DNA from: Erysipelotrichaceae bacterium | GTDB lineage: Bacteria > Bacillota_I > Bacilli_A > Erysipelotrichales > Erysipelotrichaceae | Direction of reading: 5' to 3' | DNA length: 32,000 nucleotides | Assembly: GCA_963663995.1 (NCBI GenBank) | Contig: OY760660.1 | Span: 1,830,001 to 1,862,000, forward strand | Shown: piece after piece, positions 8,409 through 17,590 of the stretch | Position numbering within the stretch: position 1 is the first letter of the stretch | Layout of the letters: the number at the start of each line of letters is the position of its first letter | The notes under the pieces: generated by a model | Seen by the model: only the letters and a program-made list of their open reading frames with translations | What the model was told of the DNA's origin: nothing | Database searches by the model: none | Program-made: the position numbers and the translations under genes

Positions 8409-9196
8409 GGTTGTTTTTGATAGATCGTCACAACTGCATAGATTGTCACATCAAATTCATCTTTTTTTAAAAAAGCACTCACTTTGTCTTTTGGTGAAGT
8501 GTAATAATAAGGTGTCATTTCTAAAAGTTGATTTTTGCTTTCTTTATCTAAGTGTAAACGTTGGGAAACACGTTGAGACTGAATCAATTTAAACTTTGGA
8601 TCTTGAATCCTTTTTTCTTCATTTAAAATGACATTTTCATAAAGTTCTTCTTTAAGTTCAAGTAGATGTCTTGCGCCTGCCTGAACGGTTATAAGATAAC
8701 CATAAGGCTTAAGAACACGTTTAATTTCGTCTAGATATAAGGGTGTAAATAAAGCTGTAATGACATCGATGCGATGATCAATGAAAGGTAAATCATTATT
8801 GTTCGCAATAACATATTGAACATTTCTCTTTTGTTTTGAGGCGATATGGATAGCTTCTTTTGATAAGTCGAGACCATAAATATTTTGTTCAGTAAATGTT
8901 TCAGCGATATAGTTTGTATAATAACCTTCACCACAACCAAGATCTAATAAGGAATTAAAAGAAATCTCTTCTAAGAATTGTTTAAGGGTTTCTTTAATTA
9001 AATGATAATGATCTTTTTGATGAAACTTGTGACGTGCTTCTATTTGGAATTTATTATCACCGCGCTCTTTATGCGTATGGTGAGTGCTTAAGTAAACAGA
9101 TCCATTTTTTGCGATATCGAAACTATGGTTATTTTCACAAATAAACTGTTGATTATTGCGATTCATAACGTTATTACATACTGGGCATTTTAACAT
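8405..9196 (-). CDS. rlmA: 23S rRNA (guanine-N1)-methyltransferase, RlmA/RrmA family
   Basis: 263 aa. N-terminal Zn-ribbon MLKCPVCNNVM...FICENNHSFDIAKNGSVYL. SAM motif I LLDLGCGEGYY. Confidence 0.8.
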   Translation of the reverse strand: MLKCPVCNNVMNRNNQQFICENNHSFDIAKNGSVYLSTHHTHKERGDNKFQIEARHKFHQKDHYHLIKETLKQFLEEISFNSLLDLGCGEGYYTNYIAETFTEQNIYGLDLSKEAIHIASKQKRNVQYVIANNNDLPFIDHRIDVITALFTPLYLDEIKRVLKPYGYLITVQAGARHLLELKEELYENVILNEEKRIQDPKFKLIQSQRVSQRLHLDKESKNQLLEMTPYYYTSPKDKVSAFLKKDEFDVTIYAVVTIYQKQP

Positions 9197-9211
9197 GCGC
9201 TCATTGTATCA
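9197..9211 (-). promoter_or_regulatory. Extended -10 promoter TGaTACAAT followed by GAGCGC and the rlmA ATG (candidate leaderless start)
   Basis: The minus strand reads TGATACAAT GAGCGC ATG (plus 9211-9194). There are 6 nt between the -10 box and the ATG, and no SD. Confidence 0.45.
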
Positions 9212-9260
9212 TGGATGACAAACAACAGTGTCTAATTTATACTGTTAAAGAGGTGAATTT

Positions 9261-10010
9261 ATGCGATTTGTATCATGGAATGTTAACGGCTTAAGAGCTA
9301 TTTATCAAAAAGATTTCCCTAAAATCTTTGCTGACTTCGATGCTGACTTTTTTTGTCTACAAGAAACAAAGATGCAAGAAGGACAGTTGGATTTTAGCCC
9401 AGAGGGTTATCAAAAGTATTTTAACTATGCTGAAAAGAAAGGTTACTCTGGCACCGCTATTTATACAAAACACGAACCAATATCAGTGAACTATGGTATT
9501 CAAGTAGAAGAACATGATCATGAAGGGCGTGTAGTAACGCTTGAATATGAGAATTTTTATCTTGTTTGTGTCTATACCCCAAATGCCCAAGATGGTTTAA
9601 GACGACTCAGTTATCGAATGGATTGGGAAGATGCTTTTAGAGCCTATCTTCAAAACTTAGATGCGAAGAAGGCTGTTATTATGTGTGGAGATTTAAATGT
9701 AGCGCACGAAGAGATTGACTTGAAGAATCCAGATTCAAATCATAAAAACCCTGGATTCTCGGATGAAGAAAGAGCTCAATTTACTAACTTACTAGAAGCA
9801 GGTTTTGTCGATAGTTTCAGATTACTATATCCAGAGAAAGAACAATATTCTTGGTGGAGTTATCGAACCAAGGCTCGTGAAAGAAATGTCGGTTGGAGAA
9901 TTGATTACTTTGTTGTGTCAGATCGCATTGCTTCTGATATCGATGAAGCTCTGATTCATGATGATGTCTTTGGATCAGATCATTGTCCAGTCAGTATCGA
10001 AATATTCTAA
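9261..10010 (+). CDS. xth: Exodeoxyribonuclease III (AP endonuclease, ExoA/Xth family)
   Basis: 249 aa. Contains MRFVSWNVNGLRA, FFCLQETK, GDLNVAHEEIDL and the C-terminal SDHCPV. SD AGAGGTGA lies upstream. Confidence 0.95.
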   Translation: MRFVSWNVNGLRAIYQKDFPKIFADFDADFFCLQETKMQEGQLDFSPEGYQKYFNYAEKKGYSGTAIYTKHEPISVNYGIQVEEHDHEGRVVTLEYENFYLVCVYTPNAQDGLRRLSYRMDWEDAFRAYLQNLDAKKAVIMCGDLNVAHEEIDLKNPDSNHKNPGFSDEERAQFTNLLEAGFVDSFRLLYPEKEQYSWWSYRTKARERNVGWRIDYFVVSDRIASDIDEALIHDDVFGSDHCPVSIEIF

Positions 10011-10034
10011 AGACCAGCGATGGTCTTTTTATTT
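10011..10034 (+). terminator. Rho-independent terminator after xth
   Basis: AGACCA-GCGA-TGGTCT followed by TTTTTATTT. Confidence 0.7.
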
Positions 10035-10056
10035 CATTTAAAGGTATACTTTAAGT

Positions 10057-11244
10057 ATGAAGATTGATTTATCACCAAAAGCTATAGCAGTTTTAAGTAA
10101 AATACATGACGCTCACTTTGAAGCTTATGTGGTCGGTGGTTTTGTTCGTGATGCCTTATTAAACAGAGAATCCTATGACATCGATATTGCGACAAATGCT
10201 AAGCCACATGATATTGAAAAAATCTTTAAAGATTATACGTGTTCTTTGGTTGGAAAAAAACATGGAACCATTGGGGTTTTGTATGATGATGAGTGGTTTG
10301 AAATTACAAGTTACCGCAGTGAGCAAGCCTATTCAGATTATCGTCGACCGGATGGAGTTAGTTTTGTATCAAGTTTAAGTGAGGATTTAATTCGAAGAGA
10401 TTTCACGATCAATGCGCTCGCGCTCAATATAAAAGGTGAAATCATTGATTTAGTCAATGGTGAACTAGATCTTCGTGATAAACGTATTCGTTGTGTGGGA
10501 GATCCGGATAAACGCTTTAAAGAGGATGCACTTAGAATGCTTAGAGCGCTAAGACTAGCTGCTCAATTAAAATTTGAAATTGAAGACAATACTGCCATCG
10601 CAATTCATAAAGATGCAGCACTGATTCAAATGATTGCGATTGAAAGAGTCGTGATTGAATTTCATAAAATTCTTCAGGCTGAAGAGTCTGCAAAAATCAT
10701 CTATGAATTTAAAGATGTCATAAAATTGTTTTTACCAGAAATAGGCTTACTTAGTGAAGAAGAAATCTTATTAATTGATAAAGCTCAAAATATGCATCAG
10801 AAAAGCTTAATCATTTATTCAAAAAGTGTAAAAGATGACTTGGTCTTAAGTTTGAAGTATCTTAGACATTCTAATCAGTTTATCCAAACGTTACTTAAAG
10901 AAAGAGAACTTTTGGATATAATTCCTAAGGATTTATTAGATGTGAAACGACTCTGTTCTAAAAATGATTTTGACTTAGTAATAGATAGTCTATATGTTCA
11001 AAAATTATTAAATATAAATGATAATGCATTAACTTTAATAGACTTGGTCAGAGAAATAAAAGAAAAGGATATGTGTATATCTTTAAAACAACTTGATATT
11101 CGCGGACAAGATTTATTTGATTTAGGTCTAAAAGAAAAACAAATAAGTGATATGCTTAATCTGCTTTTAGATGAAGTCATGCAGGGGAATCTGCATAATA
11201 AAAAAGAAGTACTATTAACGTTTGTACAAAAGGTCAAACCTTGA
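10057..11244 (+). CDS. cca: CCA-adding tRNA nucleotidyltransferase
   Basis: 395 aa. Contains AYVVGGFVRDALLNRESYDIDIAT and RRDFTINALA (class II nucleotidyltransferase head). Confidence 0.9.
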   Translation: MKIDLSPKAIAVLSKIHDAHFEAYVVGGFVRDALLNRESYDIDIATNAKPHDIEKIFKDYTCSLVGKKHGTIGVLYDDEWFEITSYRSEQAYSDYRRPDGVSFVSSLSEDLIRRDFTINALALNIKGEIIDLVNGELDLRDKRIRCVGDPDKRFKEDALRMLRALRLAAQLKFEIEDNTAIAIHKDAALIQMIAIERVVIEFHKILQAEESAKIIYEFKDVIKLFLPEIGLLSEEEILLIDKAQNMHQKSLIIYSKSVKDDLVLSLKYLRHSNQFIQTLLKERELLDIIPKDLLDVKRLCSKNDFDLVIDSLYVQKLLNINDNALTLIDLVREIKEKDMCISLKQLDIRGQDLFDLGLKEKQISDMLNLLLDEVMQGNLHNKKEVLLTFVQKVKP

Positions 11245-11269
11245 CGAGTGGGTGACTGTTTTGTATGAT
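11241..11269 (+). promoter_or_regulatory. Sigma-A-type promoter overlapping the cca stop codon
   Basis: TTGACG (11241-11246), 17 nt, then TATGAT (11264-11269) with TG directly upstream. Confidence 0.6.
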
Positions 11270-11293
11270 ATCTATATTTTAAGGAGGAAGCTT

Positions 11294-11365
11294 ATGAAAG
11301 AGGACGCGGACTGTTACCAGATTAATTCAGTCCATATAACTAGATGGGAGATTATGTATGCTTAA
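11294..11365 (+). CDS. Candidate 23-codon upstream ORF/leader peptide ([23 protein letters not shown]) overlapping the start of the CNNM/CorC gene
   Basis: AAGGAGG (11281-11287) sits 6 nt before ATG 11294 and is the best SD in the window. The TAA stop at 11363-11365 lies 5 nt inside the downstream ORF, out of frame. There is no homology evidence. Confidence 0.35.
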   Translation: MKEDADCYQINSVHITRWEIMYA

Positions 11366-12683
11366 TACTTTCATCTTAATTGCTCTAATAGCTACCAATG
11401 CCTTTTTTGCCGCAGCAGAAATGGCTATCATATCCATCAATGATACAAAAATAAAGGTTATGGCTGATGAAGGCCACAAGAAAGCTTTACGTTTAGTAAA
11501 GATTTTAGAGACGCCTACAGAGTTTTTATCAACGATTCAAGTTGGAATCACTTTAGCTGGATTTATGTCCAGTGCCATCGCATCTGCAACTTTTAGTGAT
11601 TCTGTAACTGCTTATTTGGTGAAATATATTCCTGTATCAGAAGATGCTTTAACACCGATTGTAATGGTTCTTATTACATTATCAATAGCATATGTATCGC
11701 TTGTCTTTGGAGAACTTGTCCCAAAACGAGTCGCCATGCACTTTAGTGAAAAGATTGCATTTGGAACATCTGGTGTAATCCTTGTGGTTGGTAAAGTAAC
11801 GAAACCTTTAGTTAGGTTGTTAAGTTTTTCAACCAAGACAATTTTAAGAATCCTTGGCATTGATCCTAATGTTCAGCCTGAAAAAATCACTGAAGAAGAA
11901 ATTCGAATGATGGTTGATGTTGGTGAAGAAAAGGGAACAATTCGAGAAACTGAAAAGGAAATGATTAACAATATCTTTGAATTTGATAATACTGAAGTTG
12001 CTGATATTATGACGCATCGTACTGATGTGGCCGGTATTGATGTTGAATCAAGTTTAGAAGAAGTTAAGAAAATATTACTGGAAGAACAATTTACCCGTTT
12101 CCCTGTTTATGAAGATAGTATTGACCATATTGTTGGGACGATTCATTTAAAAGACATTATGCGTTATATGGATGCAGAACATACAAACTTCAATTTGAAG
12201 AAAGTGATGCGTAAACCCTATTTTGTGCCAGATTCAAAGCATTTAGATGAACTCTTCTTTGAATTACAAAAAAATCGGACACACTTTGCGATTGTTATCG
12301 ATGAATACGGTGGCACTGCCGGTATTGTCACAATTGAAGACCTCATTGAAGAAATCTTAGGTGATATCGAAGATGAGTATGATGAAGAAGAAAATGAATT
12401 TGTTAAAATCAATGCAAATACTTATGACGTCTCAGGTTCAATTGAATTAGATGAATTAGATGAGCGTGCAGCTTTGAATTTACCAAGTGAAGATTTAGAA
12501 GATTATGATACTTTAAGTGGTTTATTGATTGCTCAACTTGGTCGCATTCCTAATGAGAAAGAACAGATTGAAATCAACTACAATAACATGCGATTTAAAA
12601 TACTAAAAGTTGAAGACAAAGTAATTAATCGAGTGAGAGTTATCAAGACAAAAGTTAAGAAAACAAAAAAAGATGCTAGCTAG
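11358..12683 (+). CDS. Hemolysin-family CNNM/CorC-type divalent-cation transporter (DUF21 membrane domain, CBS pair, CorC_HlyC domain)
   Basis: 441 aa. N-terminal TM domain with AAAEMAIIS, then a CBS pair ([11 protein letters not shown]..., [14 protein letters not shown]), then C-terminal [32 protein letters not shown] lies 7 nt upstream. Confidence 0.85.
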   Translation: MLNTFILIALIATNAFFAAAEMAIISINDTKIKVMADEGHKKALRLVKILETPTEFLSTIQVGITLAGFMSSAIASATFSDSVTAYLVKYIPVSEDALTPIVMVLITLSIAYVSLVFGELVPKRVAMHFSEKIAFGTSGVILVVGKVTKPLVRLLSFSTKTILRILGIDPNVQPEKITEEEIRMMVDVGEEKGTIRETEKEMINNIFEFDNTEVADIMTHRTDVAGIDVESSLEEVKKILLEEQFTRFPVYEDSIDHIVGTIHLKDIMRYMDAEHTNFNLKKVMRKPYFVPDSKHLDELFFELQKNRTHFAIVIDEYGGTAGIVTIEDLIEEILGDIEDEYDEEENEFVKINANTYDVSGSIELDELDERAALNLPSEDLEDYDTLSGLLIAQLGRIPNEKEQIEINYNNMRFKILKVEDKVINRVRVIKTKVKKTKKDAS

Positions 12684-12698
12684 TGCTAACATCTTTTA
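12667..12698. terminator. Probable bidirectional terminator between convergent genes
   Basis: AAAAGATG (12668-12675) pairs with CATCTTTT (12690-12697) around a 14-nt loop containing CTAGCTAG. An A-run lies upstream and a T-run downstream. Confidence 0.5.
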
Positions 12699-13709
12699 TT
12701 TATATGCTCTTAAATAAGGTTCTGGAAGTAAATCTTTTAAGCCAGCTTTCTTATATTGATCATTCACAAAATAAGGGTTTCTTAATAGTTCTCGTCCCAA
12801 AGCAATATAATCTGCTTTGTTTTCAATAAGGATAGATTCAATTTCATCTGCTTGAGTAATGAGCCCAACCGCAATAACGGGAACATCTAAAGCGGTTTTA
12901 ATCATGGCCGCAAATTCGACTTGATACAAAGGGCGAAGTGGAATTTTACGAAGAACGTTCCCACCCGAACTGACATGAACTGCATCCAATGAATCTTTAA
13001 CCGGTTTTAAGATTTCGGCTAAATGACTTGGATTTAAACCATCATCATCATAATCACTGGCTGAAATACGAACCATTAAGAATGTTTCATCTTTTAAAGC
13101 TAAGCGCATTTCTTTAATTAGATCTCTTAAGATGCGTGCACGATTATCTAGACTACCACCATATTCATCACTTCTTAGATTACTAAGGGGAGACAGGAAT
13201 TCATGAATTAGATAACCATGTGCAGCATGAATTTCAATCCCATCAAAACCTGCCATTTCAGCTCTTAAAGCTGCTTGAACAAATGCACTTTGAATATCTT
13301 TGATTTCTTGAATACTCATTTCAACAGGTGTCATATATTTTTCATCAAATGCAATTGCAGATGGAGCGAGATGTGGGGAGGCACTGGATTCGCTTTTACG
13401 TCCCGCATGGGCTAATTGAATGGCTGCTTTTGCACCATAACGATGTATTTCATCGACTAAACTTTTTTGACCATCAATTAAACTATCATCCCATAGACCC
13501 AAGTCATTATCCGATATACGTCCTTCAGGTGAAACAGCGGTAGCTTCAGTGATAATTAATCCGACACCACCTAATGATCTTGAACCATAGTGTTGAAGAT
13601 GAAAAGGCATGACTTGTCCATTTTCTGCTTCATACATACACATAGGTGGCATAATAATTTTATTTTTTAATTCAGTGTTTCTAATTTTTGTTGGTTGTAA
13701 GAAATGCAT
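12696..13709 (-). CDS. namA: NADPH dehydrogenase, Old Yellow Enzyme family (YqjM/NamA type)
   Basis: 337 aa. Contains IIMPPMCMY, HAAHGYLIHEFLSPLSN.R.DEYGGSLDNR and the C-terminal GRELLRNPY. Confidence 0.9.
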   Translation of the reverse strand: MHFLQPTKIRNTELKNKIIMPPMCMYEAENGQVMPFHLQHYGSRSLGGVGLIITEATAVSPEGRISDNDLGLWDDSLIDGQKSLVDEIHRYGAKAAIQLAHAGRKSESSASPHLAPSAIAFDEKYMTPVEMSIQEIKDIQSAFVQAALRAEMAGFDGIEIHAAHGYLIHEFLSPLSNLRSDEYGGSLDNRARILRDLIKEMRLALKDETFLMVRISASDYDDDGLNPSHLAEILKPVKDSLDAVHVSSGGNVLRKIPLRPLYQVEFAAMIKTALDVPVIAVGLITQADEIESILIENKADYIALGRELLRNPYFVNDQYKKAGLKDLLPEPYLRAYK

Positions 13710-13849
13710 ATTTTTCCCTCGACTGTTAAAATAAATGTACCTTAAGAAGTGTTTACAAACAAGTCGAACACTCTTTATATGGAGAAAATGGATAAAAATT
13801 TCTTTAAAGTATGTTATATTTGTTGAGATTTAAGAAAGGTGGACATTTT

Positions 13850-14431
13850 ATGAACACACAAAGACAAAGAATTGTAAAGATGACAAGCTTAGCACTATTA
13901 ATTGCCTTAATTATCTTAATGACTTTTACTCCAAATTTTGGGTATATTCAAACTGGTTTATTTTCCATTACGATTATTCATATACCAGTACTTATTGGAG
14001 CAGCTATTTTTGGCCCATTAGGTGGTTTAATCTTAGGATTGACATGGGGTGTTACCTCTTACCTATATGCATTAACACTTGGGACAATTGAAGCAATGAT
14101 CTTTTTAAACCCAATGGTTTCCATTGTGCCTAGAATTTTAGTGGGCTTAATTGTGTCTTATACAGCATTAGCGATAAAGAATTTAAAAATAAAAGATTTA
14201 CTTCGTTATGCGATTGTTGCAGGACTTGGAACACTCAGTAACACAATTTTAGTTTTAAGTGCTATTTTCACATTTGAATCAGCGGGACTAGTTTCCTTTA
14301 ACCAAGCCGTTGCGACAATTTATACTATCGTCATTTCAACCAATGGTTTACTTGAACTATCTGCCGCAATTATCTTAGTTCCAGCTGTTGTGACTGCCAT
14401 TAAAAAAGTCAGACCAAATTTATTTGCTTGA
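13850..14431 (+). CDS. ECF transporter S (substrate-capture) component, substrate unknown
   Basis: ORF 13811..14431 trimmed to ATG 13850, which is preceded by AAAGGTGGA. 193 aa with six predicted TM segments. The pattern GYIQTGLFSITIIHIPVLIGAAIFGP is typical of ECF S components. I recognise no riboswitch upstream. Confidence 0.7.
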   Translation: MNTQRQRIVKMTSLALLIALIILMTFTPNFGYIQTGLFSITIIHIPVLIGAAIFGPLGGLILGLTWGVTSYLYALTLGTIEAMIFLNPMVSIVPRILVGLIVSYTALAIKNLKIKDLLRYAIVAGLGTLSNTILVLSAIFTFESAGLVSFNQAVATIYTIVISTNGLLELSAAIILVPAVVTAIKKVRPNLFA

Positions 14432-14506
14432 GCATATTGAGTGACTTTTCACAATTGACTTTGTAGAGTGAAGACATAAGTTATACACAAAAAGGAGAAA
14501 AAACTT

Positions 14507-15106
14507 ATGTCATTCGAATTACCAAAATTAGACTATGCATATGATGCATTAGAACCACATATCGATGCGAGAACAATGGAAATACACCATAGTAAACATC
14601 ATCAAGCATATGTCAATAACTTCAACGCAGCGATGGAAAAACATCCTGAGTTAACAGAAGATCTCTTAGTTTATCTACAAGATCTAACAAAAGTACCAGA
14701 AGATATTCGTACAGCTGTACGAAATAATGGTGGTGGAGCATTTAACCATGCGTTGTTCTGGAAAGTCTTAACACCAGCAAAAGGTCAAACACCTTCCGCT
14801 TCATTAGAGGCTAAATTAGTAGAAAGTTTTGGCTCAGTGGATGCATTTAAAGAAACATTCGCAAATGCAGCAAAAACTCGATTTGGTTCAGGTTGGGCAT
14901 GGCTTGTCTTAAATGCTGATAAGAAATTAGAAGTAACATCTACCGCTAATCAAGATGTTCCAGAAGGAACACCTCTACTAGCTTTAGATGTATGGGAACA
15001 TGCTTACTATCTCAACTATCAAAATAGAAGACCTGATTATGTAACAGCATTCTTCAATGTCGTGAATTGGGATGAAGTTGAAAAACGACTAAACAACGCG
15101 TTATAA
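14507..15106 (+). CDS. sodA: Superoxide dismutase (Fe/Mn family)
   Basis: 199 aa. Contains [28 protein letters not shown] and [19 protein letters not shown] lies upstream. Confidence 0.95.
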   Translation: MSFELPKLDYAYDALEPHIDARTMEIHHSKHHQAYVNNFNAAMEKHPELTEDLLVYLQDLTKVPEDIRTAVRNNGGGAFNHALFWKVLTPAKGQTPSASLEAKLVESFGSVDAFKETFANAAKTRFGSGWAWLVLNADKKLEVTSTANQDVPEGTPLLALDVWEHAYYLNYQNRRPDYVTAFFNVVNWDEVEKRLNNAL

Positions 15107-15113
15107 TGAGCGC
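15078..15113 (+). promoter_or_regulatory. Internal promoter in the last codons of sodA: TTGAAA, 18 nt, TATAAT, GAGCGC, then ATG of the hemolysin III gene (candidate leaderless start)
   Basis: TTGAAA at 15078-15083, TATAAT at 15102-15107 (it contains the sodA TAA stop), ATG at 15114. There is no SD. Confidence 0.45.
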
Positions 15114-15761
15114 ATGTCAAAGAAAACAAATATAAAACTATCTTTAGGTGAAGAAATCGGTAACTCAGTAACTCATGGCGTTATGGCTGTGGGTTTACTG
15201 ATCGCTCTGCCGATTTTTTCTGTATTTGCATATCTAAAAGGTGGTTGGGAATACAGTTTTGGAATTAGTGTATTTACAATTTCGCTCTTCATTATGTTTA
15301 TTATGTCAACGCTTTATCATGCCATGGAACATGATACAAAACATAAGGAAATCATGCAGATTCTAGATCACTCAGCGATTTACATCGCTATCGCAGGAAG
15401 TTATACACCCGTTGCGATATCAGTGATAAGAGGATGGCAAGGTATTGTCATTCTAATTGTTCAATGGACAATGGTTATTGGTGGTATTTTATATAAATCT
15501 CTTGCCAAACACAGAATCCCAAAAGCATCACTTACGATTTATATGACGATGGGTTGGGTTGCGATATTGTTTATCCCTAAACTCATTCAAAATGCTGATT
15601 TCTCATTTTTAATTTGGATTATTATTGGTGGAGTATTTTATAGTATAGGTGCTTGGTTTTATAGCCAAAAACACAGACCATACTTCCATTTTATCTGGCA
15701 TTTATTCATCGATTTTGCGGCGATTAGTCATATCATCGCAATGTTGGTATTTATTAAGTAA
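15114..15761 (+). CDS. Hemolysin III / PAQR-family 7-TM membrane protein
   Basis: 215 aa. Contains EEIGNSVTHGV, STLYH, LDHSAIYIAIAGSYTP and the C-terminal HFIWHLF. Confidence 0.85.
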   Translation: MSKKTNIKLSLGEEIGNSVTHGVMAVGLLIALPIFSVFAYLKGGWEYSFGISVFTISLFIMFIMSTLYHAMEHDTKHKEIMQILDHSAIYIAIAGSYTPVAISVIRGWQGIVILIVQWTMVIGGILYKSLAKHRIPKASLTIYMTMGWVAILFIPKLIQNADFSFLIWIIIGGVFYSIGAWFYSQKHRPYFHFIWHLFIDFAAISHIIAMLVFIK

Positions 15762-15792
15762 AAAAAACATCCTGAAAAGGATGTTTACTTTA
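15762..15792 (+). terminator. Rho-independent terminator after the hemolysin III gene
   Basis: AAACATCCT-GAAA-AGGATGTTT (9-bp stem, GNRA-like loop) followed by a T-rich tract (ACTTTAT). Confidence 0.7.
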
Positions 15793-15816
15793 TAATAGGG
15801 ATAAGGAGACTTTTTT

Positions 15817-17055
15817 ATGAAACTCACGAAAACCGAGAAGAGCTGGATAAAATATGATGTGGCTAACTCTGCATTTTCACTCATCACATCCGCTACGATC
15901 CCCATTTGGTTTGCTTACTTGTATTCACTAGAACCAGTAGGAGATATTCCTCATACCACGTTTTTTGCGATTACGACATCTATTTCAGTAGCGATTATTG
16001 CTTTATTAAGCCCAGCACTAGGTGCGATTGCTGATCATAAAGGAATGAAAAAGAAATTATTCATTGGTTCAGTTGCTTTAGGTATCTTAGGTGGTTTTGC
16101 CTTTACCGCAGTGAATCAATGGGTCGCGTTTTTAATCTTATATATTTTATCAAGAACAGGTTATTCTTTAGCGAATGTCTTTTATGATTCAATGTTGATT
16201 GACGTAACGAATGATGAGAATATGGATAAACTCTCATCTTATGGATATGCATTTGGTTATGTTGGAAGTACGATACCTTTTATTGTTGGTTTAATTTTTG
16301 TAATTATGCCTGATTTATTTGGTATTTCAACGGATCTTGGTATGAAAATATCCTTTGTGATTACCTTTGTTTGGTGGTTTGCATTTACGATTCCACTTTT
16401 ACGGGATGTAAAACAAACGTACTATACAGAATCAGAAAAACGTCTTATTTCAAAATCATTTAAAACGATTGGAAAAACATTTAATAAAATTAGAGCTAAT
16501 AAAATAATGTTCTTCTATATTATTGGTTACTTCTTCTATATTGATGGTGTATATACAATCATTTCAATGGCTTCTTCTTTTGGGGCAGAAGTTGGTTTAG
16601 AAACAACAGGTATGATTATGGCTTTGTTGTTTACTCAATTTATTGCTTTCCCATTTGCGATTTTAGCTGGTAAATTAGCACAGAAAATTAAAGTACTAAC
16701 ACTCTTAAAATTCTATATCCTCATTTATGCTGGTGTGGCTGTGTTTGGATTCTTCTTACAATCTCAATGGCAATTCTGGGTCCTTGCGGCGGTCGTTGGT
16801 TTAGCTCAAGGTGGTGTTCAATCACTATCTCGTTCATTCTTTGGTCGTTTAGTTCCTAAAGAAAATTCAAATGAATACTTTGGCTTCTTTAATATTTTTG
16901 GTAAGTACGCGGATTTATTAGGTCCTATTCTAATGGCAATTTCTGGTTTTGTTTTTAAACAATCAAAATACGCTATTTTATTCTTAGTTGTCTTCTTTGT
17001 GATTGGCTATATTTTAATCGATAAAGTTGATAAATTGATGGAACAAGGTGCCTAA
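15817..17055 (+). CDS. MFS transporter (UMF1/Atg22-like family)
   Basis: 412 aa with about 12 TM segments. Begins MKLTKTEKSWIKYDVANSAF, as in UMF1-family MFS proteins. SD AAGGAGA lies upstream. Confidence 0.8.
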   Translation: MKLTKTEKSWIKYDVANSAFSLITSATIPIWFAYLYSLEPVGDIPHTTFFAITTSISVAIIALLSPALGAIADHKGMKKKLFIGSVALGILGGFAFTAVNQWVAFLILYILSRTGYSLANVFYDSMLIDVTNDENMDKLSSYGYAFGYVGSTIPFIVGLIFVIMPDLFGISTDLGMKISFVITFVWWFAFTIPLLRDVKQTYYTESEKRLISKSFKTIGKTFNKIRANKIMFFYIIGYFFYIDGVYTIISMASSFGAEVGLETTGMIMALLFTQFIAFPFAILAGKLAQKIKVLTLLKFYILIYAGVAVFGFFLQSQWQFWVLAAVVGLAQGGVQSLSRSFFGRLVPKENSNEYFGFFNIFGKYADLLGPILMAISGFVFKQSKYAILFLVVFFVIGYILIDKVDKLMEQGA

Positions 17056-17079
17056 AATTCTTTGCTTATAATGAATCTT

Positions 17080-17114
17080 AAAAAGCAGACATTTTAGAGA
17101 GAGTCTGCTTTTTT
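17080..17114. terminator. Bidirectional rho-independent terminator between convergent genes
   Basis: AAAAGCAGAC (17081-17090) pairs with GTCTGCTTTT (17103-17112) around a 12-nt loop. A-run and T-run flank it. Confidence 0.8.
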
Positions 17115-17128
17115 ATATTTATAGTTAA

Positions 17129-17590
17129 CTATTTTTTAAAGACTCGTTCGAAGGTCTCAATCAGCACAAGCATATCTTCTTTAAATTCATAAGCAAGCTC
17201 AATCGCTTCTTCTTTAAAAAACTTACGGTGATTGTTTTGCCAGGACTCTAAATTAAGATCTTCTCCTTCAAGTTTGGCAAAATCCCAAGTTACTTGATTG
17301 AACGGGATAACTTCAATTGAGATGGTTTTTATAATCGCAACTGGATTTTTATCAAAATCTAAAACTAAACTATAGTCGCCTACTTTTGGAAAGTGATCTG
17401 CATCTTCATAGGCATCAACTGCGCTTGTGGTTGCAGTTTTTTTTCCTGACAAAACTAGATCAGTTAATTCATCAATTGTTTCTTTATGGATACCAAATAC
17501 ACAAAAGTCATAACATTTTGTCTCTTTACTCAAATGATGAAATTGGATGAATTCATCCCAAAACTGCAGTTGTTTGTCACTCATGTGCAT
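17129..17590 (-). CDS. ASCH domain protein
   Basis: 153 aa. LVLSGKKTATTSA and the overall length are typical of the ASCH (PF04266) fold. The start could be ATG 17590 or ATG 17584. 17590 fits a leaderless promoter geometry. Confidence 0.7.
   Translation of the reverse strand: MHMSDKQLQFWDEFIQFHHLSKETKCYDFCVFGIHKETIDELTDLVLSGKKTATTSAVDAYEDADHFPKVGDYSLVLDFDKNPVAIIKTISIEVIPFNQVTWDFAKLEGEDLNLESWQNNHRKFFKEEAIELAYEFKEDMLVLIETFERVFKK

Noticed and set aside
13710-13849. A possible riboswitch or 12-codon uORF (MDKNFFKVCYIC, ATG 13788) upstream of the ECF S-component gene.
   Set aside because: I recognise no FMN, THF, preQ1, cobalamin or other aptamer consensus. The GGAGA is only 3 nt from the small ATG, which is too close. 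The region is adequately explained by a TTTACA-17-TTATAT promoter and a plain leader.
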